Of a stretch of 64,000 bases of DNA, positions 9,729-19,648 are shown piece by piece; the stretch's first letter is position 1; each line of letters opens with the position of its first letter. The DNA lies in the NCBI GenBank assembly GCA_963837955.1, contig CAWIPH010000002.1:1600001-1664000 (forward strand), read 5' to 3'. The notes under the pieces were generated by a model that saw only the letters and a program-made list of their open reading frames with translations, had not been told where the DNA came from and made no database searches. The DNA is from an uncultured Verrucomicrobiae bacterium (GTDB lineage: Bacteria > Verrucomicrobiota > Verrucomicrobiia > Chthoniobacterales > JAFAMB01). Both the position numbers and the translations under genes were made by a program.

Positions 9729-10063
9729 GCTTCGCCGCTGAAGATGAGTCGCGGCTTCCGACTTCGCGAATCCCTTCGCCGGCAATTCGAATTATCAGCA
9801 CAGGCTTCGTCGGACGCGTCGCCGCTGAAGACGCGCTCACCGATTTTGATCAAGCGAAGTCCGACACCGTGCTAGGCTATCTCGAATCGCGCGTTCCCCG
9901 CTTGAACCATCACGGCGTTTCGCCGATGGCGCCAACACTTCCAACTCTTTGCGCTCTCTGCGTAGGCAGACCGGATACTAGGGTTGAATTTGCGTAGTGA
10001 AACGTGATCTAATCCGAAATCCGAGACGGGCTAGTCGCTCTGCCGCCTCTTGAGGAGAAATCC

Positions 10064-13000
10064 GTGAACCCTATTAATTTTACCGGTAGACTGGATACTC
10101 AGGAACGTTCCGGAGGGCTGGTAAGAAATTCCGAATCCGGTGATCGGGGTGACTTCGTAGCGCCCACGCCGGTTGCGGTCACCCCACTGATAGGTCGAGA
10201 TGCCGAGTTCAGTTTACTGAAAGATCGATGGGACCGGGCCCAAGAGGGTGTAGGCCAAGTAGTGCTTGTGCTGGGGGAGCCGGGTTTAGGGAAGTCACGC
10301 CTAGTCCACACTATTACCCAGCTGGTACGGGAGGCAGTAAGCACTGCTTCTTGGCCTGCGACTGCCGACTCCACCGGCACCATGCCGATCGACCAAAACG
10401 CTTTCATCATCGAATTGCGTTGTTCACAGCATTTCCAGAACTCGGAACTCTACCCGGTGTCCGATTTCATGGAGCGCTTTCTCGGGTTCGCCCATGATCA
10501 ATCACCAACGGCTCGCTTCGACCTGCTTGCACGGCATTTAGAGGATTACGACCTGGGCTCGGAATCTCTCGGGCTGTTCGCCAAACTTCTCTTTCTCCCA
10601 CCCGGTGAGCGCTACTTGGCAGCTGGTCTCACGCCCGCCCGCGAGCGCGAGGAGACGTTTCGTATGTTGCGTCAGTGGCTCGGCGCGCACGCTGCCAAGC
10701 GACCGGTTTTGTTCGTAGTTGAGGATTTGCATTGGAGCGATGCATCGACCCTGGAGTTCCTAGGCCAGTTCATCGGTGAGGGTCCGCACGAGCGAATCCT
10801 TACGGTCCTGACATTCCGGCCAGAATTCAAGGTTCCTTGGCCGGCAGCAGCCCACCAAACAATACTCGCGCTCAATCGCCTAACCCGTCGGCAAGTAACC
10901 GAATGGATCCGAGGAGACTCGAACGAGCGGTTGCCAGATTCGTTGGTTGCGCAAATTTACGAACGTACCGGCGGCGTGCCTCTTCTAGTCGAAGAGTTCA
11001 CCAGAATGGTCCGTGAATCAACGGTGTTGGACGTAGCGGCCGAGGTGTCCGCTCCCGGCAAGGCGGCTCCTGCAGGAGAAATTCCGGCCACGCTGCAAGA
11101 TCTGGTGATGGCTCGACTCGATCGCATCGGAATCGACTCGGATACAGTTCAGCTTGCCGCCACGCTCGGCCGTCAGTTCGACTACGAATTGCTCGCTGCA
11201 ATTGTAGCCGTCGACGAACAGACACTTCGAACCGAATTAGCAAAGCTGGTGTCGGCCGATATCTTGTACGTCAAAGGTCAGCCGCCACGTTGTGCTTATC
11301 TCTTTAAACATGCGCTGGTCGAGGAAGCCTTGTACGCCGCCATCGATGAGCCGAAGCGCCGGCAGTTTCATCAGCGAATCGCAGAGATCATGGAAGAGAA
11401 GTTTCCGCAATCGGTGGAAATGCAACCCGAGTTGATTGCGGAGCATTTCACTAAGGCTGGGATCATTCAGAAGGCGGTCGGGTATAGCTTGAAAGCGGGA
11501 CTACGCTCGCGAGATCGGTTCGCCAACTTCGAGGCGGTTAGCCATTTTCACAAAGGCCTGCAGCTGGTCGAAACCCTGGACGCATCACCCGATCGGGACG
11601 CTCGCGAGCTGGAGTTACTTGCTCCACTGGGTACTGCTTACATCGCATGGCGAGGTTACGCGGCGGCAGAAGTTGGCCCCATTTTCCGCCGCGCCCACGC
11701 GCTGTGTGAGCGGGTAGGACAGACACCACAACTCTTCGCGATCATGTGGGGAAATTTCGCGTATCATATCGTGCGCGGCGATTTCAAGATCTGCACCGAT
11801 CTCGCTGAGGAAGCAATGGCTTTCGGCGAACGCCTTAACGATCCCGGCATCCTCATGGAAGCTCTTTTTCTCAGGGGCGTGACGCAACTCTATCGCGGCG
11901 ACTTCACCGGTGCTCGAGACTCTTGCGCGCAGGGTATCGCCGACTTTGACGATCGCGAGCGCACGGCATTCTGGGCAAGGGTGATTGGCGAAGACGCCGG
12001 CGTTACCCATCGCTGTTACCTGGCCCTGGCTTGGTGGCATCTCGGTTTTCCGGACCAGTCGCTGCGACTCAATCGCGACATGGTCGAGCTGGCACGCTCG
12101 ATCAACCACCCCTTTAGCCTGGAATACGCGCTACATCACACCGGTTGGCTCCACCAACATTGCCGCCTCGGGGTCCAGACCCAGGTGTTCGGCGAGGAGC
12201 AAATGCGAATCGCGACGGAGCAAGGGTTTCTTTTCTGGCACGCATCGGGCACACTTTACGCCGCTGGTGGTTTGCTGCTGCAGGGCAGAATGGAGCAGGG
12301 GCTTCAGCTGCTGCAAAAAGGGCTCGAGGCCTATCGCGCCACAGGCGCCCAACTAGGTCTTCCGTACTATCTCAGTATGCTAGCGGATGCTCGCACGCAG
12401 ATGGGCCAATTCGTCGAAGCCGGCGCTGCCCTCAATGAGGCCATCATGCTCGTGGAAGAAAATGAGGAGCGATTTCAAGAAGCGGAGCTGTATCGGCTCA
12501 AAGGCGAATTGCTGTTGGCCGAGTTAGACGATCGCTCCGCTGCTGAGGAATGCTTTCGTCGAGCAGTTGAGATAGCCGAGCGTCAGCAGAGCAAAGCGTG
12601 GAAACTGCGTGCAACGATGAGCCTGGCGCGACTTTGGCAAAAGCAGGGGCGCCGCAAAGACGCGTTCACTGCTCTTAGTGCTGCATATGGCATGTTCACA
12701 GAAGGATTCACGATGCCCGACCTGGTCGATGCGTCAGCCTTACTCGAAACTCTCACAACCGAGCGCATGCGCGCCGAATTCGCCGCTGGTATCAAATACG
12801 TGCGCGACTGCATTCCTGCCCCGATGGATGGCTCGGTCTCCGTCGATTGGCGCTATGTGCCAGCCTCCACTCTGGGCGGCGATACCATCGGCTATTACTG
12901 GGTGGATCCCGATCACTTGGTCTTCTATCTCGTCGATGTCACGGGACACGGATTGGATTCCGCGCTCCTATCTGTCAGCATCGCTAACGTGATCCGCTCG

Positions 13001-13492
13001 GGAGCTTTATCCGGCGCTGACATGAGGCGCCCCGATCAGGTGCTGGCCCAGCTCAATGACGCCTTCCGCGGACAACAACACGGCAATAAGTACTTCACGA
13101 TCTGGTACGGGGTTTACCACTTGGCGACCCGCAGCCTGACTTGGGCAGGCGGCGGACACCCTCCCTCCATTGTGCTCGTTCGGGGCGAACCGAATCCGCT
13201 CGTTCTTCCTTCCGAGGGACTGATGATGGGCGTGCTTCCTGGTCAAGAGTTCCCAGCTCAATCATGCCAGATCCCGGTCGAAGCGCGACTACTGATCTTT
13301 AGCGACGGTGCATTTGAAATCTTCCGCGAGGGACGCGCGGTCTGGAATCTCGCTGATTGCATTGCCCATCTGGCAGTCTTGGCCAAAGGGGAGGGCGGTC
13401 TGATGGATCAGTTACTGCAACACGTTCAACGCCTGCGTGGATCGCCTCACCTCGAGGACGATTTCTCGATCATTGAAGCTCGCTTCCATTAA
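10064..13492 (+). CDS. STAND-type ATPase + TPR-like repeats + C-terminal SpoIIE/PP2C phosphatase
   Basis: TPLIGR, Walker A GEPGLGKS, Walker B VVEDLHWSD, GGVPL, helical repeats, then GGD/DVTGHG/FSDG/DDFS PP2C motifs. Confidence 0.88.
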   Translation: MNPINFTGRLDTQERSGGLVRNSESGDRGDFVAPTPVAVTPLIGRDAEFSLLKDRWDRAQEGVGQVVLVLGEPGLGKSRLVHTITQLVREAVSTASWPATADSTGTMPIDQNAFIIELRCSQHFQNSELYPVSDFMERFLGFAHDQSPTARFDLLARHLEDYDLGSESLGLFAKLLFLPPGERYLAAGLTPAREREETFRMLRQWLGAHAAKRPVLFVVEDLHWSDASTLEFLGQFIGEGPHERILTVLTFRPEFKVPWPAAAHQTILALNRLTRRQVTEWIRGDSNERLPDSLVAQIYERTGGVPLLVEEFTRMVRESTVLDVAAEVSAPGKAAPAGEIPATLQDLVMARLDRIGIDSDTVQLAATLGRQFDYELLAAIVAVDEQTLRTELAKLVSADILYVKGQPPRCAYLFKHALVEEALYAAIDEPKRRQFHQRIAEIMEEKFPQSVEMQPELIAEHFTKAGIIQKAVGYSLKAGLRSRDRFANFEAVSHFHKGLQLVETLDASPDRDARELELLAPLGTAYIAWRGYAAAEVGPIFRRAHALCERVGQTPQLFAIMWGNFAYHIVRGDFKICTDLAEEAMAFGERLNDPGILMEALFLRGVTQLYRGDFTGARDSCAQGIADFDDRERTAFWARVIGEDAGVTHRCYLALAWWHLGFPDQSLRLNRDMVELARSINHPFSLEYALHHTGWLHQHCRLGVQTQVFGEEQMRIATEQGFLFWHASGTLYAAGGLLLQGRMEQGLQLLQKGLEAYRATGAQLGLPYYLSMLADARTQMGQFVEAGAALNEAIMLVEENEERFQEAELYRLKGELLLAELDDRSAAEECFRRAVEIAERQQSKAWKLRATMSLARLWQKQGRRKDAFTALSAAYGMFTEGFTMPDLVDASALLETLTTERMRAEFAAGIKYVRDCIPAPMDGSVSVDWRYVPASTLGGDTIGYYWVDPDHLVFYLVDVTGHGLDSALLSVSIANVIRSGALSGADMRRPDQVLAQLNDAFRGQQHGNKYFTIWYGVYHLATRSLTWAGGGHPPSIVLVRGEPNPLVLPSEGLMMGVLPGQEFPAQSCQIPVEARLLIFSDGAFEIFREGRAVWNLADCIAHLAVLAKGEGGLMDQLLQHVQRLRGSPHLEDDFSIIEARFH

Positions 13493-13529
13493 GAGCTATC
13501 GCGCTCTTTGCTCCACAGAGCACGGCAAT

Positions 13530-14081
13530 TTAATGGCTAACACCAGATAGCTTCGGAGGGAGTTGCTGAGGAGGTAAAATATAGACCCGGGCCTCTCCAA
13601 GTCCCATTTCAGGATCAGCCTTACTATTTCCTTTATGCTCTTCTTGTTTAGCGAACTGTATTTCGATCGGAGCGCCCCGTAACTGCATTATTTGCATGAT
13701 AAAGTTCTGAGTCGCTTGGTGGAACTCGCGGTCGTAAGGAAATTTGTAAAGTTTTGGCTCATCAGCCATAAACGCCCAAACTCCAGCAGCAATCTCGCGG
13801 GTAGGACGTAACCACATATAAATCGCTCCCGGATCGATGCTACTTGGTTCATCGATTTTTGCCCAAAAGAGGAACGCGGTCTGACCGTTCATCGCCTTAA
13901 AGGTCATGAATCTCGGGTGCCCGAGATAGCTATCTAGCGATAGCCAAATCTGAAAACTGACCACCACGGTAGCGAGCATCAACATCAGCTTGATCCACCA
14001 ACGACCGCGACAACCAATGATTACCCATAAAAGGAGCGCAGCAAAGAGCGCAAAAGCGATTGGAATTGCTAACGTTTGCAT
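13530..14081 (-). CDS. Membrane protein of unknown function (2 N-terminal TM helices plus soluble domain); third gene of the motor-like operon
   Basis: Two hydrophobic N-terminal segments; starts 4 nt after the upstream stop. Confidence 0.75.
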   Translation of the reverse strand: MQTLAIPIAFALFAALLLWVIIGCRGRWWIKLMLMLATVVVSFQIWLSLDSYLGHPRFMTFKAMNGQTAFLFWAKIDEPSSIDPGAIYMWLRPTREIAAGVWAFMADEPKLYKFPYDREFHQATQNFIMQIMQLRGAPIEIQFAKQEEHKGNSKADPEMGLGEARVYILPPQQLPPKLSGVSH

Positions 14082-14085
14082 AAAG

Positions 14086-14700
14086 CTAAAAGTTAGTATG
14101 ACCGACGAACGACTTGGGTAGCTCGTTAATGTCTACTATGTTTCCGTCCTTCGTGAGCGTAAACCTAAAAGCCGTTTCCTCTTGTCGTTCTGCCGAAAGG
14201 GTTACTACCTTCTGGTGGACCATAATATCCTCGCTTGAGTCCGTCTTGTATAAGCTAACTTCCACCTTCGTCGGCGTGCTACAGCTCTTTCTATACATAT
14301 GAACGTTGACGATATACTCGCCCTCAATTATCCCCCGAACCGTTACCCGCTCTTCGTTCCATGCCGAAATCACTTGCCGACCGTCGGGGAGGCTGACAGT
14401 ATTGCTACCTCTCCCAGTATCGTCCCGATCCAAACTCAGTAGTCCCGACTGCAGCGTCTTAAAAAAGACCAAGTGATGAGAGGGGTCGCAAACATATAAA
14501 TCTACGTCGTCATCACTATCCCCTGGCCAAGACATTTTAATGAGGTAGAGCGAAGCGTTTTTTAAATGTTCCTGCTTAGCTTTCGCTGCGTCATCGTTTG
14601 CCACTACCAAGCTAAGCTGGAAAAGAACGACGAAAACAACGACCAGCCCCAGCAAAAAATCGACGGTCGGAATCCCTGGAAACTCACCCCTAATTTTCAC
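14086..14700 (-). CDS. ExbD/MotB-like single-TM protein with YfaP/DUF2135-like periplasmic domain
   Basis: PTVDFLLGLVVVF (conserved TM Asp), then MSWPGDSDDDVDLYVCDP...LDRDD...GEYIVNVHMY; RBS aggag. Confidence 0.75.
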   Translation of the reverse strand: MKIRGEFPGIPTVDFLLGLVVVFVVLFQLSLVVANDDAAKAKQEHLKNASLYLIKMSWPGDSDDDVDLYVCDPSHHLVFFKTLQSGLLSLDRDDTGRGSNTVSLPDGRQVISAWNEERVTVRGIIEGEYIVNVHMYRKSCSTPTKVEVSLYKTDSSEDIMVHQKVVTLSAERQEETAFRFTLTKDGNIVDINELPKSFVGHTNF

Positions 14701-14709
14701 TATTTCTCC

Positions 14710-15285
14710 TTAGCCGGCGTATTTTTCACCCCGACGAAAATCCTTTAAGGCGTATTCGATCTCGTGCTGTACCATATGGTGCTGCCAAGACAGAATAATA
14801 GGACCGAAAAAGATTCCGGTAAGCGTCGGAATAAAGGCGAGACCAATGCCTGACATTGCGTTAGACATAATTTCCTTAATGTGGGCTACGTCCACGCCGC
14901 CTCGCAATCCCCCGGCCCCTTCCAAAAACACGGTGATTCCCGCTACTGCGCCGAACATTCCGATGTAAGGTAACCAATTCGCCGTAAAGCTAAGATGATC
15001 CGTTTTGTGTTGAATCTTTCGGAGATATTTTCTGATCTCTTCCCGAGCCTCCGCTGAGAGGGATAGAGGATTCCGATCGAAATCCTCCAACGCTCTGTCG
15101 GTTCTCCAACAAAGCTTACCGCAATACCCGGCAGCGACCAAATACACTGCGGCGATCAAGCCGACCATTATTTTAATGATCGGGCTTAATTGTAAGCTTT
15201 GCTCGCGAGCGAACCCAATTGCTACGAACGCGACGACGAATGTAACCAGCGTCGTCAAACACCATTTTAAGAACAACTTCTTCAT
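14710..15285 (-). CDS. MotA/TolQ/ExbB-family ion channel subunit
   Basis: Four hydrophobic segments; LPYIGMFGAVAG and MSGIGLAFIPTLTG match the channel-helix motifs. Confidence 0.8.
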   Translation of the reverse strand: MKKLFLKWCLTTLVTFVVAFVAIGFAREQSLQLSPIIKIMVGLIAAVYLVAAGYCGKLCWRTDRALEDFDRNPLSLSAEAREEIRKYLRKIQHKTDHLSFTANWLPYIGMFGAVAGITVFLEGAGGLRGGVDVAHIKEIMSNAMSGIGLAFIPTLTGIFFGPIILSWQHHMVQHEIEYALKDFRRGEKYAG

Positions 15286-15359
15286 TCAATTTCTTCCCCC
15301 GGTATGTTCCTTCGCAGCAATTCATATGCCAGCGCCCGAACCAATTCCCGGAGCAACTT

Positions 15360-15394
15360 CGCGTGATTACGTTGATTACTATGTAATCCACGCG
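15360..15394. promoter_or_regulatory. Candidate operator upstream of the motor-like operon
   Basis: cgcgtGATTAC-gtt-GATTAC-tat-GTAATCcacgcg: direct and inverted GATTAC half-sites. Confidence 0.35.
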
Positions 15395-15414
15395 CGTTAC
15401 AAAGCCGGTCCAAC

Positions 15415-16034
15415 GATGGTACAGGCTCGACTCCCGACGCTAACCATCGTTGGCCCAACTTCCTCGCAGATCGCTTGCAAGCGAGTCAACATGATCAAAA
15501 CTTCGGCGTATTGGATCAAGGTATTTCCGGCAATCGAATTCTGCATGATATCGCCGGCACCAACGCGTTGGGACGGTTAGACCGAGACGTACTTTCCCAG
15601 ACCGGCGTAAAGTATGTCACGGTACTCTTAGGCATAAACGACATCGGTTTTTCGGGCATACCTGGATTTACTGACCAAGCTGTTAGCGACGATGACATTA
15701 TCGCCGGCTTAACGCAGCTTATCGAGCGAGCGCACGCGAGAGACTAAGAATCTACGGCTGTACGCTGACGCCCTTTGAAGGAACGTTCCCTGGCTATTAT
15801 ACCCCCAAGGGCGAAGGTAAGCGCGAGACAGTCAACGAATGGATTCGCACAAGCGGCGCTTACGACGCGGTGATCGACTTCGACAAAGCCGTGCGCGACC
15901 CCAGTCACCCAACTCGAATGTTACCCGCATACGAAAGCGGAGATCATCTCCACCCAAACGATGCCGGCTACATGGCTATGGCCAATGCAGTCGACCTGTC
16001 ACTATTCAGTCAGGAAGAAGAAGGGGAGGAATAG
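15415..16034 (+). pseudogene. SGNH/GDSL hydrolase, 5'-truncated and frameshifted
   Basis: DGTGSTPDANHRWP...GISGNR...LGINDIG, 1-nt frameshift near 15741, then TLTPFEG...DFD...GDHLHPNDAGY; the catalytic GDS block is missing. Confidence 0.88.
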
Positions 16035-16366
16035 CACGTTGCTCCTTAGTTTTTTGAGCATTTGAGGCGGACCGGACGGTTCGCCTCAGGGATTCGATCG
16101 CGCATGGGTCATCTGCCGCTAGTACAGAATCGCCTTATCGCACACGGACATCTGATGGTCTTTGCGTGTGCTCGACGATTTTGACTGGCAACCCGTTGCA
16201 CTCCCATCCTTTCTTAAGTTCTTTCGGGCTGCGACCAGATCACGTGAATTTACAAACTGAGCATATAGCGTGAAGAAAGTACCATTTCGAGCTGGCCTGC
16301 CGATCACTCTCATTCCGAGACACAGACGCAACATTCTTGGATGGATCTCTCCGGGTTAATCGCGGA

Positions 16367-17350
16367 TCAGTCCCTCCGCTTCCTAGGGATATGGCTCTTA
16401 GATGAACGAATAGGCGTTAGTTGGTCTGCGGCGCCGATCTCGATTGAGGACATCGTCACTGAGCGCTTGGGCCGAACCGCCGACATGGTTCGTTCTAGGT
16501 TGCGTTCGGCAGCGGCGTAATCTTTGTTGGCAACCGCGACAAATACAGCATCCAGGATGCTGAGTTGGGCGATACGCGCCGCAGCGTTTTCACCGGTTAG
16601 CGGCGATCCTTCGGCTGTCGAGCAAAGAAGAATGTCTGCTTCCTTAGTTAGCGGAGAGACCGCGTAATTTGTGACGGCGATCACCTTTGCTCCACTGTTC
16701 CGCGCGAGATGGGCAGCCTCTATCACCGCCGTTGTTTGCCCAGAGTGCGAGAAGGCGATGATGACGTCTCCCGGACGCAACAGAGATGCAGACATTAGCA
16801 TCATGTGGGCGTCATCGTAAACCGTTGCCCGAACACCAATCCTGAGAAATTTATGCGCGACGTCGAGAGCAATTTGGGCAGAACCTCCCAGACCGTAAAA
16901 ATCCCTTTGCCTTGCCCGGTACAAGAGGTCCGCAGCCCGCTCCACAGCTTCGGGATCAAGAATCGCGAGAGTCTCTTCGAGGGCCTTAGCCGCTGTCCGA
17001 AAGACCTTCTCGATAATGATTTTGGGAGTATCGGCCGGCGATAACTCTTGATGCATTTCCGAGATGGGTAAACGATTGTACTCCGCTATCGCTGCGCGAA
17101 AGTCTCGGAAGCCCTTAAAACCGATCTTTTTCGAGACCTTGACAATCATTGCCTCGGAAACTCCCGATTCGTCAGCGATTGATTTGATAGAGGTATTTTG
17201 ATCAAGCGTCCGGCGGGCGAGCATTGTACTAACGACCTGAGCTTCCAGGGGATTCAAAGTGAGAAAGAGCGTGCGAATACGCGGTGCTACCGATTTCGCT
17301 TGAAGATCACCCATATTATTCATCTCTACCACGTTGCGCGGGCTCAACAA
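16367..17350 (-). CDS. MurR/RpiR-family transcriptional regulator (HTH + SIS); start may be ~17314
   Basis: VSEAMIVKVSKKIGFKGF HTH; YGLGGS and FSHSGQT SIS motifs; divergent from the sugar cluster. Confidence 0.93.
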   Translation of the reverse strand: MLSPRNVVEMNNMGDLQAKSVAPRIRTLFLTLNPLEAQVVSTMLARRTLDQNTSIKSIADESGVSEAMIVKVSKKIGFKGFRDFRAAIAEYNRLPISEMHQELSPADTPKIIIEKVFRTAAKALEETLAILDPEAVERAADLLYRARQRDFYGLGGSAQIALDVAHKFLRIGVRATVYDDAHMMLMSASLLRPGDVIIAFSHSGQTTAVIEAAHLARNSGAKVIAVTNYAVSPLTKEADILLCSTAEGSPLTGENAAARIAQLSILDAVFVAVANKDYAAAERNLERTMSAVRPKRSVTMSSIEIGAADQLTPIRSSKSHIPRKRRD

Positions 17351-17746
17351 GAATCTGGAGTGTGACGCATTCGGTCAAGAGTGATCCAGGTTCGTTTCAT
17401 TTGAAATCTGTCTTTCCGGTTTAGTGGATGGGCGTCTGCTAAATCCCTGCCTCTGTAACGCCCGAGCAACTGGCCAACTAAAGTAAATAAATGGCTGTAC
17501 CAGCGGTCCAAGTGCACGGACCAAAGCATATTTTATGAAATATTACTTTACAAGAACTAATAAGTTTGTGAAGTATCGCCATCACGGACAACTCCGAATG
17601 CGTAACAAAAGGTTTTCGGATACGAGGCCTGCGTAACTTGCTTTGAACCCTAACCCCCCAGAAAAATCTCGCGGCTGATGCACCGGAATACCGTGCGACC
17701 TAGAGCGTCCACTTTTTATCCGTTCCCCAACTCCACGAATACTCCT

Positions 17747-17893
17747 ATGACAAATGCGTTTTTGAGAACCCTTGCTACGGTCGCCCTCCTATCTCTGGCG
17801 CCAATCGGCAGTATTTCCGCTAGCGCTGCTGGCGAAGAAGTAGCCGTCGTCGTTAAAATTACGGGATCGCTGGATGGCTCGGCTCTGGCTTAG
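17747..17893 (+). pseudogene. N-terminal stub of a periplasmic sugar-binding protein
   Basis: Signal peptide MTNAFLRTLATVALLSLAPIGSISASAA followed by EEVAVVVKITG, then a stop. Confidence 0.5.
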
Positions 17894-17936
17894 CAAGCGA
17901 GAGATCGGCACTTAAGCTGATTAAATCACGTTTCCG

Positions 17937-18521
17937 ATGTCATCCTCTCCTCATGGTCTTCCGCCCTTCGACCTGCCCAGCTTGGCGGCGCGAGCGTGCC
18001 AAGATCTCTCAAGCGTTTTTGCGCGAATGGATCCTGCCGATCTGGAAAGACTTTGCACAGAGTTGGTGCGCGCGAACCGGACCGTTTGCTACGGCGTAGG
18101 GCGTGAAGGCCTCATGATGGAAGCCATCGCCATGCGACTAATGCACGCGGGTTTTAAATCTTACGTCGTGGGTGAAATGGTGACCCCGCCAGTGGGCCCA
18201 GGCGATGTCTTCCTTACAAGCGCTGGACCTGGGCATTTCTGCACGGTGGAGGCTCTCTTAAACGTTGCTCGAAAGGCGGGTGGCCGAACAGTGGTTATTA
18301 CAGCCCAGCCCACGCGGGCAGCGCAGATGCCCGTTGATGCGTTAATTCACTTACCCGCGCAAACGATGGCAGACGTGACCGCCGGTCTAAGTGTGCTAAC
18401 GATGGGCACCCCATATGAGGCTTCGCTCCTGTTGTTGGGCGATCTGCTGATTTTGCGCCTTCTTGAGCTTACGCGCCAAAAGCCAGAAGATATGTATACC
18501 AGGTATACTAACATGAAGTGA
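17937..18521 (+). CDS. SIS-domain sugar-phosphate isomerase (6-phospho-3-hexuloisomerase-like)
   Basis: YGVGREGL, AMRLMHAG, SAGPG, MGTPYE, C-terminal RYTNM. Confidence 0.85.
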   Translation: MSSSPHGLPPFDLPSLAARACQDLSSVFARMDPADLERLCTELVRANRTVCYGVGREGLMMEAIAMRLMHAGFKSYVVGEMVTPPVGPGDVFLTSAGPGHFCTVEALLNVARKAGGRTVVITAQPTRAAQMPVDALIHLPAQTMADVTAGLSVLTMGTPYEASLLLLGDLLILRLLELTRQKPEDMYTRYTNMK

Positions 18522-18601
18522 AATCTTTTTCTGACCCTGTCGTAACAATACCAAACATCATTACCTAACAGCTAGCCAAAGCAAAAGATTAATCCCCCAC
18601 T

Positions 18602-19633
18602 ATGAGACGCCATGTTCTATTAGCCAGTGTTCTGACAGCACCCTTTCTGTTAGCAACCACCATAACGCGTGCCGAAGAGCCGTGTTCTACTTATCCAACC
18701 GGAACAGCTGACAAAATACAGTCGACAGATCTGGAAAAGAGTTTTGGACCAGTACCAAGTCCGAAGAAGCAGCTCCGATTTGCCTATATAACAAAGACCT
18801 TAATTAATGAGTTTTGGCAGGATGTTGCCGCGGGTGTTAAGAGTGAGGCGGCCAAGTACAATATCCGAGTCGATGTCCAGGCCGCTAAAGACGAATCTTC
18901 GCTTGTTGAACAACTTAACTTAACGCAGACCGTTTTATCCCAGAAGCCCGACGCCCTGTTGCTTTCACCGCAGTCCGATTCAAACCTAGCTCCAGCGATC
19001 GAAGCAGCTAAGAAACTTAATATTCCTACCATCATCATCGATGATGCGCGAACCGAAGGGGCCAGCACTTACGTCGGCACTGATCAGGTCGCGATCGGCG
19101 CCAAGGCGGCCGAATATCTGCAGCAACAATATCCAACCGGTGGAAAAATTGCCCAAATAGAGGGGCAAGCGGGTTCTCCCAACGCGCGCAAGCGGATTCA
19201 GGGCTTCACCGAAACCGTCAAGAAATACAACAACCTAAATTTGGTGGCGAGCCAACCGGGTAATTGGGACCGAATGACCGCCCTGAATGCCACCTCCAAT
19301 ATCCTACGGCAGCATCCTGATCTCGTGGGAATTTACGCCAATAACGACGGCATGGCATTAGGCGTCATCGAGGCGATCAAGAATTCGGACAAACTAAAAC
19401 AGGTCGCGGTGGTTGGTACCGATGGCATCCGAGAAGCAAAGCGATCCGTTGGCGATAGCGAAATGCGCGCGACGGTAGCCGAATTCCCTTATGACGAAGG
19501 CGTACTTGGGGTACAAGTAGCTTTGCGGCTTTTAAGCTGTCAGCCAATCCCGCCTTGGGTCGTGTCACCCCAAGCGGTCATTACCGCCGACAACGTCAAG
19601 GATTTCCCCAATCCGCCGAACTTCCAAAAGTAG
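18602..19633 (+). CDS. Sugar ABC transporter substrate-binding protein
   Basis: Signal peptide; KTLINEFW; YANNDGMALG; VGTDG. Confidence 0.93.
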   Translation: MRRHVLLASVLTAPFLLATTITRAEEPCSTYPTGTADKIQSTDLEKSFGPVPSPKKQLRFAYITKTLINEFWQDVAAGVKSEAAKYNIRVDVQAAKDESSLVEQLNLTQTVLSQKPDALLLSPQSDSNLAPAIEAAKKLNIPTIIIDDARTEGASTYVGTDQVAIGAKAAEYLQQQYPTGGKIAQIEGQAGSPNARKRIQGFTETVKKYNNLNLVASQPGNWDRMTALNATSNILRQHPDLVGIYANNDGMALGVIEAIKNSDKLKQVAVVGTDGIREAKRSVGDSEMRATVAEFPYDEGVLGVQVALRLLSCQPIPPWVVSPQAVITADNVKDFPNPPNFQK

Positions 19634-19648
19634 AATCATGATGGATTC

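Noticed and set aside
10064..13492. Avs-type antiviral STAND
   Set aside because: No nuclease, SIR2, TIR or protease effector; the scaffold resembles signalling cyclase/kinase-associated ATPases
13530..15285. Zorya, flagellar MotAB, or TonB/Tol system
   Set aside because: No long ZorA tail, no OmpA-like domain in the B subunit, no ZorC/D/E, no proline-rich TonB/TolA and no flagellar genes
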